This document shows, in pieces, positions 1 to 13,339 of a DNA stretch of 64,000 nt. The notes beneath the pieces were generated by a model. That model saw only the letters and a program-made list of their open reading frames with translations, was not told the DNA's origin and searched no databases. Numbering within the stretch: position 1 is the stretch's first letter; each line of letters starts with the position of its first letter. Made by a program: the position numbers and the translations under genes. The stretch comes from Octopus sinensis (taxonomy: Eukaryota). The DNA is taken from the NCBI RefSeq assembly GCF_006345805.1, contig NC_043020.1, positions 2,108,001 through 2,172,000 of the forward strand. The letters run 5' to 3'.

Positions 1-197
1 ATATTGTTGACTTATCAACAATTGACATTTCTATAATGATGAGGTGAATCTTTCAATGGAATATTGCTCCCGCATCTAGGAGGAAGCTACGGCTGCGCAC
101 ACAGTCATCTTAGACAACATCCTGCAAAGGAGCTGCCATCCGTCTGATCGACTGCAGCCTCTTCTCTGTCTCCTCTCTGAAGTTTCTTCAGTTACTA

Positions 198-678
198 TAC
201 TCTTTATTCTCTCTTTTACTTGTTTCAGTCATTTGACTGCGGCCATGCTGGAGCACCGCCTCTAGTCGAGCAAATCAACCCCAGAGCTTATTCTTTGTAA
301 GCTCAGTACTTATTCTTATTCTATCGGTCTCTTTTGCCGAACCGCTAAGTGACGGGGACGCAAACACACCAGCATTGGTTGTCAAGCGATGTTGTGGAGG
401 GGACAAACATATACACACACATACATACATACATACATACATACATACATAATACATACACACATACATACATATACATATATACATACATAATACATAC
501 ATACATACATATAGATATATACGACGGGCTTCTTTCAGTTTCCGTCTACCAAATCCACTCACAAGGCATTGGTCGGCCCAAGGCTATAGTAGAAGACACT
601 TTCCAAAGTGCCACGCAGTGGGACTGAACCCGGAACCATGTGGTTGGTAAGCGAGCTACTTACCAGACAACCACTCCT
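198..678 (-). mobile_element. tRNA-derived SINE, family A (head - internal microsatellite - tail)
   Basis: Reverse complement begins aggagtggttgtctggtaag...ggttccgggttcagtccc (A-box/B-box-like). It has an internal (TATG/CA)n tract and an agagtaa-type tail, and is colinear with about 15 other copies in the window. Confidence 0.85.
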
Positions 679-1237
679 ACGTCTATCCTGAGATATGTTC
701 CTAAGATCTATTTCAGATGCAATATATTCCGATATTCCTTTTTCTCGGTCGATGGAAACCTGCTATTCCATATATCAACCAGAGCTTCCATCAGCTTCTA
801 CTTTGAGGACAAACTGAAAAACCTCTACTCAGTTTTCCATTTTCTCCTTGCACTTTCTTCGATAAAATTCTGTTATATCTCTATCTTCGATAAGATTCTG
901 TGTCATATCTCTATCACATTTTTCTAAGAATTGATCCATATTCAAAATTACTTTTTGGCAAACAACACTAGCTAAAAATGTCCTGCTGTTGTTGCAACTT
1001 TCGTAATTGGTGACTGTTTTTGAAATAGTAATATTTTCTTTTATTCTCAAGTGAAAGTATCTATGTTTGCTTGTTAAAACCATATCATCTTTATATTCTA
1101 TTTTACCAACTTATTTTTTTCTTTAATTCCTGTTCTTGTTAATAAAGTTTTCGAAAACGTTTTGAAACATCGTAGCGAAATGTATACCAGACGAAGAATA
1201 ATGTGTGTTGTACAAGTGAGTAACAAGATGTATATAC

Positions 1238-1268
<31 letters not shown>

Positions 1269-1559
1269 ATATGGAAAAATATTTGATGACAATACTTTTT
1301 CCCACCACAACGAAAGCGAATGGATACTGATGTGTGTAAAAGCAATACCGTGAAGAGTTTTGTTATTGATGTATTATCGTAGCAAAAACGAGAACAAGAA
1401 TAATAGATGCTGGGCGGATGAACGGATAACATGCAAAAAGGAAGAGGAAAGAAGGGAGATGAGAAAGGAAACAGAAGAAAACGGGGAAAAAAGAAAAAGG
1501 GGGAAAACAGTAAAAGAAGATGGAGTAGGGTTAAAACCGGAAGATGGCAGGGAAGGGTG

Positions 1560-1982
1560 ATGTGCCACATATCCCAGAAAAAAAGTGCGTGCTCAACCGC
1601 GTCCTGAGGACACGACGGCGAAGGCGTTGCCGCCAAGAATGTCCAGCGACACTCGTTGCGGCAGCCACTCCACCTCGCGGGGCTCATTTCTCTTGAAATC
1701 GGTAGTGCGGGATCCGACAACACCTGAGATCTTGACGGCAACCAGCTCAACCTGATGGCGGCCGGTCAAGCCCTTGTATTTATGGGCTTTTCTTACCTGC
1801 GCGTTACTGGTGGCGATACGTGGGTTTGCAGTTATCAAGATCAACCAGATGTTATCATCTGTTGTTTTGATGTGCGCAGATGAGATATTTCAGCTAGCCA
1901 AGGACCAACATGACTTATTGGTCCGTCACCCGACAGGATAATGATGATGCAGCGGAATGAGATCGCTTCTTTTTCGGTGAGT
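1560..1982. promoter_or_regulatory. CpG-rich island, candidate bidirectional promoter / first exons
   Basis: Locally GC/CpG-rich. Plus-strand donor TCG|GTGAGT at 1977, minus-strand donor CAG|GTAAGA at 1796, ATGGCGGC (YY1-like) near 1755, and ATTGG near 1917. Confidence 0.3.
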
Positions 1983-2083
1983 ATTTTTCTCCTGTTTTAC
2001 TTGCCCTCAACAGATAGGTTACAGATTTTGATTGTGCCTAAGCAAAATTGTCAGTTTATCATGAAAAATAAACATAGATACAC

Positions 2084-2498
2084 GGCGCAGGAGTGGCTGT
2101 GTGGTAAGTAGCTTGCTAACCAACCACATGGTTCAGGGTTCAGTCCCACTGCGTGGCATCTTGGGCAAGTGTCTTCTGCTATAGCCCCGGGCCGACCAAT
2201 GCCTTGTGAGTGGATTTGGTAGACGGAAACTGGAAGAAGCTTGTCGTATATATGTATATATATATATATGTGTGTATGTGTGTGTTTGTGTGTATGTGTT
2301 TGTCCCCCTAGCATTGCTTGACAACCGATGCTGGTGTGTTTACGTCCCCGTCACTTAGTGGTTCGGCAAAAGAGCCCGATAGAATAAGAACTGGGCTTAC
2401 AAAGAATAAGTCCCGGGGTCGATTTGCTCGACTAAAGGCGGTGCTCCAGCATGGCCGCAGTCAAATGACTGAAACAAGTAAAAGAGTAAAAAGAGTAT
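2084..2498 (+). mobile_element. tRNA-derived SINE, family A, full length, young
   Basis: ggcgcaggagtggctgtgtggtaag...gggttcagtcccactgcgtggc head, short (TA/TG)n linker and ...gaaacaagtaaaagagtaaaaagagta tail. Near-identical to the copies at 38543-39005 and 49235-49640. Confidence 0.9.
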
Positions 2499-3070
2499 AG
2501 ATCTTTGAAGAAATGATAACAATGATAATAGACGCTAGAGGTAAATGCAACACATCTCCTAAAAGGTTGTTTAATGTAATTAAGAGAAAAGTAAAAGGAT
2601 GAAAACGGGATCACCTGTTCAGTTTGTAACAAGCGATGTTATTTCTATGACAATGGCTGATGGCGTCAGAATGATGAGGGAAAAATTGGTGATGCCAACT
2701 TCGAAACAACTCGCTGACCCTGAAGGAAAATGAAGGAGGAATTACAATGAAGGAGGAATGAATAACAACGACATTAACAAGATCAACAAAGAGAAAAGTG
2801 ACAAAACTAATGGGAGTTTATTCAGGTTCGGTGAAGATTTCCTAAATTCGAGATTTCTAAAGTCAAGTTGCTGAACCATCGACGGTAAGATGAACAAGGG
2901 GAACAGCAGCAGCGATGTGTCAGCGTCACGGGCGGGTTGCTCTGTCACAACCACAACCATCACAACCACAACCACCACCACCACCACCACCTACACCACT
3001 TCCACCACTACTTAAACCACTTTCTTCACAATGAGAAGTAGCAGCATGCCAACAGTGACACTACTACTAG

Positions 3071-3106
<36 letters not shown>

Positions 3107-3489
3107 CACTACTACTGATACTACTACTACTGCTGTTGCTGCTACTGCTACTGTTGCTGCTGCTATAGACACCACTACAGAATATTGTAAAACTGGTTCA
3201 GACAGTTCAATTAATACTGGATTACAAGACGGCCGTATTTTTTGCTGATATCGGTTAAATAATTAAATAACTGTAAGTTACAATATGCATCACCACTAAA
3301 CTTGGTCGTGTTGAGTCTCTAATGCATGTACAAGGTGAAAGATGGCGAAGAAATAGATGGAGTCACAAAACTTTCGTCTTTCATGACAAATATTTTGGAA
3401 CAGCAGAAGTTTGGCTTGAAAACGATGCACGAACTCACATTATGGCCTTTGTGAAGGATGAAGAATTTTGGTAATTTTTTCCTTTATAG

Positions 3490-4146
3490 AGAAAAAATTG
3501 GCAAAGATGAAGGCAAAATGTGTATCCCCAGAAACAGACCTACGGCGATTTTTAATCGTCATGATAGTTGGTGAAGAAGATGAGAAGAGCACCGTATACA
3601 TTGAAAAATTTCATTAGATCAAACGGTTTAATATTGGTTTGAGGGGTACCATACAGATAGAACTTGTAAACAACGAAAAAGTACCCGGCCTTTTCATACT
3701 CCCAAACAGACAGAACGCTATTAAGTATCTTTTTAAAAAACCGTTAGTAGATCTGACGTCAAAGGCAGACACTAGGAAGAGAAGGGGGTAAAGAAACAAT
3801 AAGTAGAGAACAAATAAAGAGGGATACGCTGGTTGAAAAAGTGTTCAAAGGCTTAGAAGTAGATTTCTCTATTGAAGTAAAGTGCAAGGTGAACTAAATG
3901 TTCAAATAATACAGACTGGTATATATCACGTATATGAGCTAAAGGTGTGTTTCTGCCAGTGCTTACATTTGTAAGATCGCTCTATAGGTGTGTTAACAAG
4001 GTGATTCTTAGAGAAGAGAATATGGAAGAGTTCAGAGTTGCTTATATTTCTGATGAGAAGGTTACATTATTTTACACCATTTATTCCTTTGGAATAAACC
4101 CAATGTTGTCTTCAAAACATATGTCGAAAGAAAAAGAATTTGAATA
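3490..4146 (+). pseudogene. Disrupted coding-like segment of unknown origin (possible decayed retroelement ORF1)
   Basis: Non-repetitive sequence after a polypyrimidine-TAG acceptor (3489). ATG at 3507 reads MKAKCVSPETDLRRFLIVMIVGEEDEKSTVYIEKFH*IKRFNIGLRGTIQIELVNNEKVPGLFILPNRQNAIKYLFKKPLVDL..., with a stop at 3615 and an apparent +1 frameshift near 3785. No family recognised. Confidence 0.25.
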
Positions 4147-4175
4147 ACACCTGCGTTCAACTCCATTTATTTACT

Positions 4176-4222
<47 letters not shown>

Positions 4223-5715
4223 TGTGTGTGTGTGTATAGATATATGTATGTGTGTATATATATGTATGTATGTATATATATATGTATGCGTGTATATATA
4301 TGTATGTATATATGTATATATATATATATATATATAGGTTTGTATATATATATGTATGTATGCATGTATATTTATATATATCTATATATAGAGAGAGAGA
4401 TAGGTAGATATAGATATATGCATTTATACGCATAAATGTATAGTTATGTATATACATCTATACATGTATGTGCGTGTGTATCTATATAAAAGTACACTCA
4501 TATGGGGTTTTGTGCGTGTGTATGCGAAACTAGTAAAACTTTTCTGTCGTATTAAGTGGCAAAAACTATTTGAAATAAAAGATTTGTTTTCTGTCCATAT
4601 TACTAATGTGTTTTATTACAGTCACATCACACATTCTAGGTACTGGTCAACCCGAAGCTATAGCAGAGAACACCACACACAGACACATACACACACACAC
4701 ACACATACATGCACACACACACACACACACATACATGCACACACACACACACACACACACATACGCACACATACATGCACACGCACAACTTTATATATAA
4801 CATATAAATATCATAAATAATACATACACACATCCATATACATCTATATAATTATATATAAGCATAATAAATATTGTATATACATGTATGTATATACATA
4901 TATGCGTACGTATATAAATATGTGTGTGTATGTGTGTGCCTGACTGTGTGTGCGTGTATATATATATATGTGTGTATATATATGTGTGTGTATGTATATA
5001 TAGGTTTGTATATATGCATATATATATATATGTGTGTATGCGTGTATATATATGTGTATATATAAAATATATATATATATATAGGTTTGTATATATGTAT
5101 AATATATATATATATATGTGTGTGTGCGTGTGTAGACATATAGATAGATATGTGTTTGTATGTATGCGTGTGTGCGCGTGTGTGTATATGTGTGTGTATG
5201 TGTGTGTGCGTGCACGCGCGCGCGTGTGTGTGTATCTGTGTCTGTTGTCTGTGCGTAAAACACACATCTTAAATCTTGTTCTCTTCGTTATCATCAGAGA
5301 AGGCAATATGATTTAATCCTTTAGTGAAGTCTTTCTTTTTGTTTTTGTTTTTGTTTCTTGTGTCTTGTTCTGTTTTCTTTTCTTTGATGGGGTTTATTTT
5401 TCCTTCTTTTTCGGTCTTCCTGAAGAATATATTCAAAAACACAAGTTGCTGAGTGCACACATATGAATGCGTTTGTGTGTGCCTGCTTGTGTGCGTGTGT
5501 GTGTGTCTATAAGTGTATATATACATGCATATATATATGTATATATATATATGTACACGCACATAGAAAGTAGTACATATGTTTACATATATATCATATA
5601 TATATATTGATATATATATATATATATATATACATATGCATATATATATATGTAAATATATATACATACATGTATATACATGTATATATATGTTATATAT
5701 ATATATCTATATATA

Positions 5716-5760
<45 letters not shown>

Positions 5761-6271
5761 ATATATATACGCAGTTACACAGACAAATAGATGGATAGAT
5801 GAATAGATAGAGTGATAGATAGATTGATAGATAGTTGTATACATACTGTATACATACATTAGCATATGTATATCGAAATTCGCCTAGGTGTATATTGTGT
5901 AGGAATCTATGAATATTGTGTGTGTATATACGTATGTATGTCTTTATTTATGTATGTATATATGCATATATATGTTAGTGTGAGCGTGTGTGCACACGTT
6001 TCCATGTTGTACGAACGTAATAAAAGCATGCATATATGTATGTATGTATGTATGTGAGTACGACATGCATTTTTTTTAATTCATAAAGATATCGACATTT
6101 GTCTGTGCATTGGTGTCTGTGTGGCTAACCCTCACAGTCCTGTATACGTATCTATATGCATTCATCAATAAATATGCATGTATGCATATATGTGTGTGTT
6201 TATGTACGTATATTTACATACATACATACATACGTATATATACATATGCTTATATGTATATATGTATGTGA

Positions 6272-6316
<45 letters not shown>

Positions 6317-6410
6317 TATATAATACTATGTATGTATATATGTATTTATGAATGTTGCATGCACTTATATGCATATGCTTATATATATATACATATGCAT
6401 ATATATATAC

Positions 6411-6441
<31 letters not shown>

Positions 6442-6461
6442 TTATATTATATATATATGTA

Positions 6462-6496
<35 letters not shown>

Positions 6497-6531
6497 TATA
6501 TTTAATATATATATATATGTATATATATATG

Positions 6532-6568
<37 letters not shown>

Positions 6569-6612
6569 TACTATATATATATATTTATTTTGATATATTA
6601 TATATTATATAT

Positions 6613-6643
<31 letters not shown>

Positions 6644-6699
6644 CTATATATGCCTGAATATATACATATATGTATGCCCGTAATATTGATAATAGATAT

Positions 6700-6742
<43 letters not shown>

Positions 6743-7307
6743 TAGATAGATAGATAGATAGATAGTTGTGTTCGATGAATAACTTACATCGGTTGTGGTT
6801 GTTGAGCTATAATCGGTATTGACAAATGCCTATCTGTATTTGCGAATACTTTTAACTTAAAACAGTTCTTTCGTAGAAGAATAGAAAAAACAAAAGAAAA
6901 CAAAAACCATTTCAAGAAATATAGACAAGCAGCGAAACTTAAATTGGTAAAACCAACGAATCGAACCGTACAGTGCACTTATTGTACAAGTTTTCGCTTT
7001 TCATGCGTACCTGGTATTGATAAAGTTGTCTTTGATGGTGGTGGTTGTGGTGGTGGTGGTTGGTGGTGGTGGTGGTGGTGGTGGTGGTGGTGGTGTACTG
7101 TTGCCGCGGTTACTGCTGTTGCTGCTGATGATTGTGATGGTGATGATGAATGAGAGACACATAGAGAAGTGTATGTGTGTATTTATGACAATGTATTCGT
7201 ATATGAAATTTTGTATATGAAAAATGTGTATGTTTTGTGCGTATCTATCTTTCTATATATCTATCTTTCTTTCTTTCTTTCTTCCTCTCTCTCACTCTCT
7301 TTGTATG

Positions 7308-7344
<37 letters not shown>

Positions 7345-7646
7345 TATGTTATATAATATGTAAATACATATATATATATATATATACATGTATGTATATA
7401 TATATATATGTACATACATATATATAATAGATATATATTGTTTGTTTGTATTCCACCTGCCTTCGTCTTTTGTTTATTTTCATAAAGCTTCCCGGTATAT
7501 ATATATCATATATATATATATATAATATAATATATATATATATATATAATTTAAAATAGGATAAAATCCTTATAAGAATCTATCATGTAGTTAGAGGAAA
7601 AACTTCAGAAGGAACAATTTATTAATTATTTTACTTTATATATATA

Positions 7647-7690
<44 letters not shown>

Positions 7691-7725
7691 GTTTCTGAAG
7701 AAGAGCTTTGCTCGAAACATAAAAC
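7691..7725 (+). ncRNA. Minimal type-I hammerhead ribozyme-like motif (Penelope-type)
   Basis: gttt CTGAAGA a gagc-ttt-gctc GAAA ca TA aaac: stem I gttt/aaac, intact core, 4-bp stem II. The helix III position reads ACAT, one transition away from the palindromic ACGT. Confidence 0.55.
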
Positions 7726-7810
7726 TACTTTTCTTTCCTTCCCTGGGCGTCTGTAATACTTTGCATGTATCACATCCTCGCGTTGTTGTTTTTTCCTGTG
7801 TTTTTTGTTA

Positions 7811-7869
<59 letters not shown>

Positions 7870-7875
<6 letters not shown>

Positions 7876-8022
7876 TGGACAAAAGCGCAAAACATCCAGA
7901 CGGGTGATACAAGAAAAGGACAACAAAACACCCAGATAGACGATACAAAGAAAACAATGACGGGTCATTCGGAATTTTCTTTCCTCAGTCGAGTTCCAGA
8001 TTATCTTTGCAATTTCGGCTGA
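7870..8022. repeat. Dispersed repeat embedded in microsatellite (homologous to about 60312-60460)
   Basis: Shared text ...gatacaagaaaaggacaacaaaacacccagatagacgatacaaagaaaa...cagtcgagttccagattatctttgc.atttcggctg at both loci. Confidence 0.6.
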
Positions 8023-8754
8023 TGTGTGTATATCTACATACCATCTAAAGTGTCAGGTGGCTGAAGAGGTGAATCTGTTTATTTAACTACCTGCTGTCAT
8101 CCTTGGGGTTATGGCCGTTTCGCAGCCTTTTTCACTTAATAATAATTTCAGTGTATAATATATTATGCTAATATGTATGCTTCGCATTATACCTTAAGAT
8201 TCTATATTTACAAATCAATGCAGACGAAGAAGGCTCGCTCATCATATCACCAGAAGATCATGGTTACATCAATGCTTCAAATTTTGTATTCGTGCAAAAT
8301 TCTTTCTTTATATACGTGTGTATGTGTACATGTATGTATACTTGTGTGGAAAACCAAGACTAGATAAAATTAGTTTGGTATTGTGATGTAGTTTCATGAG
8401 GTTAAGTTGTGTGGATGTTGCAGAAAACGATAGATGCGAGGAGCGAGTGATATGTGGAGTGTGAGGGAGAAGTCTGTGAGAGAAAGGACTGATGCGGAAG
8501 GTGTGGGGAGGATGGACTAGTCATCGGTGTGACAGAAGAGCAAAGGGTTATATGACAAGACTAACCGTTTCCACGTAGCCTGCAATAATGTTCCTGGCAT
8601 CTTGAAATTCTTGTTATTACCATTTTTTCTTTCATTTTTTAATGCAATCTTCCCACAAATACACAAAAAAATGATCACCCTTGTAATGTCTCCCTCAATT
8701 GGTGCCCTTGTTGCAAATAAAAGAAATGAATGTTACTACTACTACTACTACTAC

Positions 8755-8789
<35 letters not shown>

Positions 8790-9509
8790 TTAATACTGCT
8801 GCTGATGATGCTGATGCTGCAACCACCACTACTACTACTACTACTAACTCTACTACTACTACTAACTCTACTACTACTACAGCAACTACTACCACCACCA
8901 CCATTACTGCTACTAGTCCTCCTCCTCCTCCTCCTCCTCCTACTACTATACTACTAGCTGTTGCATTAAGTACATACGCACATACATGTATATATGTTAT
9001 TAAATGCAGGCATATAGATAGCATAGATATACTAAACAGACAGGCATACAGACAACCAGAAAGAAGATAGACAGACAGACAGACAATAGTAGATAATAGA
9101 TAGATAGATAGATATATAGATAGATAGATAGCTAGAGATAGATTAGATAGAAGATAGATAGATAGATAGATAGATATATAGATAGATAGATAGATATAGA
9201 TAGATAATAGATTCATTCAGTCGTTCATCTATAGGTAAATCAATGGAAACCAGGACTGTTCAATATTTGTTGATAGAAGATTTATTTTCAAGAAGTTACA
9301 CATTATGGTTGAATAAAACAAAAATAAAAGAGAAATACAAATGGTTAAATTATGAAATACTATAAAATAAAAGTACGGGCGTTTACCAAAGACATACAAC
9401 ATTAATGGGGAACTCGTGAATATTCCCAAGGTTTTTGAGAAAGGAAAGAAGAGTCCCATCTACTGCCCTTGTCATAGGTAAAAATGCCGTACTTTGTTTA
9501 TACGCCTTC

Positions 9510-9683
9510 CTACTATAGGCAAAATGCCTGATATTTTAGGAGAGGTACCAGTCGATAACAACGACCCCGTACTTATCTGGTACTTTATCTGTCGACCTCA
9601 CAAGGATGAAAGGTGAAGTAGACCTCGGCGCAGAACGTGAAACCGTAAGAATTGGCGCTAAGGATTTTCTCCGGCGCGGTAAC
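9510..9683 (-). mobile_element. Diverged SINE, family B
   Basis: ggatgaaaggtgaagtagacctcggcg...cgctaaggattttctccggcgcggtaacg matches the reverse complement of the family-B consensus seen at 22575-23324. Confidence 0.55.
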
Positions 9684-10019
9684 GAGGTACTCTGTGTATA
9701 TTGATGACATCAAGAGGTACGGCATATCTGGAGCCCCGGATCCGTGGATTCGGATTGCACCCGCCGGTACTTCACCTGATTAACTGAGTGTCTTTTGTTG
9801 AATCGATATCGAGGCTGATCTCCGATGACATCACAACAGAGTACACAGAAAAGTATTTGAAGGTTCTTTAACCAACACCAATAGCTGACCACTGCCTCGT
9901 GGTCATCGTCATCCCGTCAACAAACAATACCAAAAACAAATATTAAACAGTATGAATATATATAGACTGTTATATTATACTACACGTTATATATACACCA
10001 TTTTTATGTATTTTTTTAT

Positions 10020-10060
<41 letters not shown>

Positions 10061-10166
10061 TATTAATTTTTTTAATTTTTATATATTTTTGTATTATACA
10101 TATATATAATTTTTTTTATTTTTATGTATTTTTTGCATTATATATATATATATATATATACTATAC

Positions 10167-10209
<43 letters not shown>

Positions 10210-10628
10210 ATTTTTTAATTTTTTGTATTTGTTTTTTTATATATTTTTGAATGCATGCTGAATATTTAAATTTAATCATTTTTATACAAATGCTTCATTT
10301 TTTTGGGGTTTTTTTTTTCGTTTTCTGCTTTTTTTTTTTTGTAGGTCTTCAAAGTTTATCTTGATTTTGTTTTTGTGTTTGCTGTTCTTCAAATGGGAGT
10401 CCGTTTTCATAGTTTGGTTTTCAGTTTTTAAGAGAGGATCATTCCAGGTGTTCTTCATAAAGGATATTCGTTCGATAAACGCTATTTACTCTTCTCTGTA
10501 TTATTCATTTAATCGTCGATTCAATTTCCGCTTCCGAGTATTCAAGTATGGTCGCATAACACTATCATTTCATTTATATTACTACGAAGAAGACCCTTCA
10601 CACATACAGTTAATATTTACCGAAGAAG

Positions 10629-11537
10629 TCATCCACCAGATCTGTTCACACTCTTGCAACCGCATGACGGCTGCAGGCACTGGTTCTCAGTCAAGTACAT
10701 ATCGATGGTACTTCTTTTCTTGTTCGTGGACTTAAAAGGAGGCTTAAAAGAATTCCTTAAAACAAGCTCAACTGGAAAAGGATAAGGAATTTTGCGAGTA
10801 CGGTTAACTTCCTTCGCCATTTCCCAACAAGAAAGCGCAACAGCCATGTGTATACTTCTATTTTCTTCAGCGATATCGAATGCAGATTTGCCATCGTAAT
10901 TCTTGGTATAAGGGTTTAAGCCTTCCTCAATCAACAACTTGGTGACGTTTAAGTTCTGATTCCTGACAGCATAATGAAGAGCCGTATTACCATTAACATC
11001 TCTTAAATGTAACGTGTGTTTGCTCAGCTTTAGCAGTTCCTTTGTTATATCTAAATTAAATACAGCCAACATTAGCGGTGTTTCACCGAGTTCGCTACAG
11101 ATATTAACATTGGCGTTATTGGCCAAAAGGAAGTCAGCCATTTTAACATCCCTTTCTGCCAGACATCTCATCAGCGCTGTTGAACCCCACCAACCCTTTG
11201 AATTTATATCTGCTCCGAATTGTAAAAGACAGTAAGCTGCTTCATAACTTTTTGTCCATATAGCCGCCCAAAATGGTGTTATAAATATTATATTGTACAG
11301 AGCGCATTTTTGATCAACCGGGGCTTGGCATTCTTCAACGAGATACGATATAAGATCGACATTATTGGTTGTTGCAGCATGAAACATGGGTGTTACTCCA
11401 TTATAGAGTAACATTGTCAACATATTACGTTCCTCAAACGTGTAGTGCTCCAATTCGTCCATGATTCCTATCCAATCGTCATACTTTATGCACCCAGACA
11501 TATTCTTTATAGCGTCTTGGAGTCTCTCGCTGTTCAT
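10629..11537 (-). CDS. Fem-1-like ankyrin-repeat protein, paralogue 1 (about 302 aa, single coding exon, lacks the TPR/C-terminal half)
   Basis: Uninterrupted ORF with 5-6 ankyrin repeats (NGVTPMFHAA, TPFWAA, GSTALM, GETPLMLA, GNTALHYAV). NGVTPMFHAATTNNVDLISYLVEECQAPVD resembles the FEM1 N-terminal NGATPLLMAARYGHLDMVEFLLEQCSASIE. A 3' splice site ttttcacAG (11544-11543) lies 5 nt before ATG 11537, so the track's TTG start at 11627 is probably intronic. Confidence 0.85.
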   Translation of the reverse strand: MNSERLQDAIKNMSGCIKYDDWIGIMDELEHYTFEERNMLTMLLYNGVTPMFHAATTNNVDLISYLVEECQAPVDQKCALYNIIFITPFWAAIWTKSYEAAYCLLQFGADINSKGWWGSTALMRCLAERDVKMADFLLANNANVNICSELGETPLMLAVFNLDITKELLKLSKHTLHLRDVNGNTALHYAVRNQNLNVTKLLIEEGLNPYTKNYDGKSAFDIAEENRSIHMAVALSCWEMAKEVNRTRKIPYPFPVELVLRNSFKPPFKSTNKKRSTIDMYLTENQCLQPSCGCKSVNRSGG

Positions 11538-11580
11538 TCTCCCTGTGAAAATACAAACCAACAAAATGTAAAATAATTCG

Positions 11581-12065
11581 TTTTTAACTGTGGAACTCGA
11601 AGTAGATAAAGCTACAAAGAATAGCATGTAAAAATTGGGTTAAAAGTCTTTTGGATAGTAAAAGTGAAAAGCTGCCCATGGGAGACGAATCCATATATTC
11701 TATAAATATGACAGATGTTCCACTATTGAATCAAAGTAACCCTTCGAATTTCTCTGTTCATTTCAGGAGTTTTGTTCTTACCAGTTAAGACATATAAGCT
11801 GTTTGCGTCATAAGAATTTACAAACATCGAGAAACGTGAATGATACGTTTTTAACGGTGGAACTCGAAGTAGATCAAGCTACAAATAATAGTGTATAATA
11901 CTGCGTTACAGGAAGAAACTTTTGGATAGATAATGTCGCCCCTGGCACTCCAACTTACATTTCCTGTGCACATGGACCAAAACAATTTTTCGAATTTTCC
12001 TATCTATGGAACTCGAAGTGGATAAAGCTATAAATAATAGAATGTAAATATTGAATTCTAAAACC
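11581..12065 (+). repeat. Three degenerate tandem copies of a locus-associated repeat (tggaactcgaagtagataaagctacaaa.aatag.atgtaa)
   Basis: Copies start near 11591, 11858 and 12007. Further copies lie at about 18395-18512 and 38087-38190. Confidence 0.7.
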
Positions 12066-12444
12066 TCTAAATTCTAATGATGTAAACAACAAAATGTAAT
12101 TCTAGTGTTTTCTAAGACACAAAGTTGCTTTGGAAATATGTGGTTAAAATGAAAAGCAATAAACAAGCACACACAAACACACACACACACCACACCACAT
12201 ACACACACACACACACACACGCACACACACTCACACACACACACACACACATATATATGTATACGGCGGGTTTCTTTCAGTTTCCGTTTACCAAATCCAC
12301 TCACAAGCCTTTGGTCGACCCGGAACCGTGTGGTTGGGAAACAAGCTTCTTAGCACAAAGCCACGCTCGCGCCTATAAGTGTGTGTGTGCGCGCGCGCGT
12401 ATGGTATATATATTTATATATATGTGGTGTGTATATATATATGT

Positions 12445-12505
<61 letters not shown>

Positions 12506-13261
12506 GTAGTGTGTACGTATTAATAAATCTCTCTGTCTGTCTCTCTCCGTATATATATATATGTATATATATGTGTGTATATAACACATATATTATACTA
12601 CATATATCTTATATATATAGAGAGAATATAGTATACATATACTTATGTATATATATATACATATATATATATATATGCACACATATATTTAGTCTGTATA
12701 GATACAGAGGAAACAGCGACGAAAGAGAGAGAGAGATAAAGACTTATGATAATACATATATACACGACAGATCACTCACGCACTCATACACCAATATGCA
12801 TATGTATACACACATACCAACACACATATACATATACATATTATATATATATATTATCTTATATTATATTATATGTATATATATATTGTTCGAGTGGAAG
12901 AACAAGTTGAAAAGAATTTATGTCTGACTGCTTAAAGTACATTGAAATAAGAATCTTAGAGTGAATAAAAAAACATTTCATCCATAATCGTTAGTTCCAA
13001 AAAAAATATATTCTCTTTGTGGTTTATGGTTCATCAGAATTAATGACTAACATTCAAAATAAGAGTTTCCTGAACTTTTGGTTCTTTTCGTTCCCGATTA
13101 GCCAAAGGCAAAACAGAAAATATATTTTACTGGACAAACAATTAGGGATTGAATATGTTTTATATTCATATCGATAGATAGGAGAGAGATACCTACATTC
13201 ACACACGCGTATATATGTATGCATGTATTTATGTATGCATGTATTTATGTATGCATGTGTA

Positions 13262-13295
<34 letters not shown>

Positions 13296-13339
13296 CGCAT
13301 ATATATGTATGTACATGTGTGTGCGTGTTTGATTAACCT

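Noticed and set aside
1139-1844. 203-aa and 83-aa minus-strand ORFs over the CpG island
   Set aside because: No recognisable domain; the longer ORF runs into CT-rich and (TA)n low-complexity sequence, and GC-rich patches are naturally stop-poor.
2084-2160. tRNA genes at SINE heads (also 43884, 45504, 59674)
   Set aside because: A/B boxes are present, but no complete cloverleaf or acceptor stem, and each continues into a SINE body.
8699-9070. Thr/Asn/Pro-rich 123-aa ORF resembling a mucin or low-complexity protein
   Set aside because: It is a chain of (ACT)n, (AAT)n and (CCT)n triplet microsatellites continuing into (GATA)n; similar tracts occur at about 2950-3170 and 22060-22310.
9690-9930. 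CpG-rich patch downstream of paralogue 1 as an additional coding exon supplying a FEM-1 C-terminus
   Set aside because: No frame shows TPR, ankyrin or VHL-box-like sequence, all frames are short, and the paralogue-1 ORF already has its own stop.
11538-11627. N-terminal 30-aa extension of ankyrin paralogue 1 (and likewise 39235-39318 for paralogue 2)
   Set aside because: The extensions start at TTG/GTG and run through polypyrimidine tracts and AG acceptors; they are better explained as intron sequence.
12973-13042. Minus-strand CTGATGA...ccataa/ttatgg...GAAA hammerhead candidate (and a weaker one at about 48075-48135)
   Set aside because: Stem I does not pair at 12973-13042. The second candidate needs G5A, U16.1A and a 4-nt insertion. 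Both are compatible with chance in AT-rich DNA.
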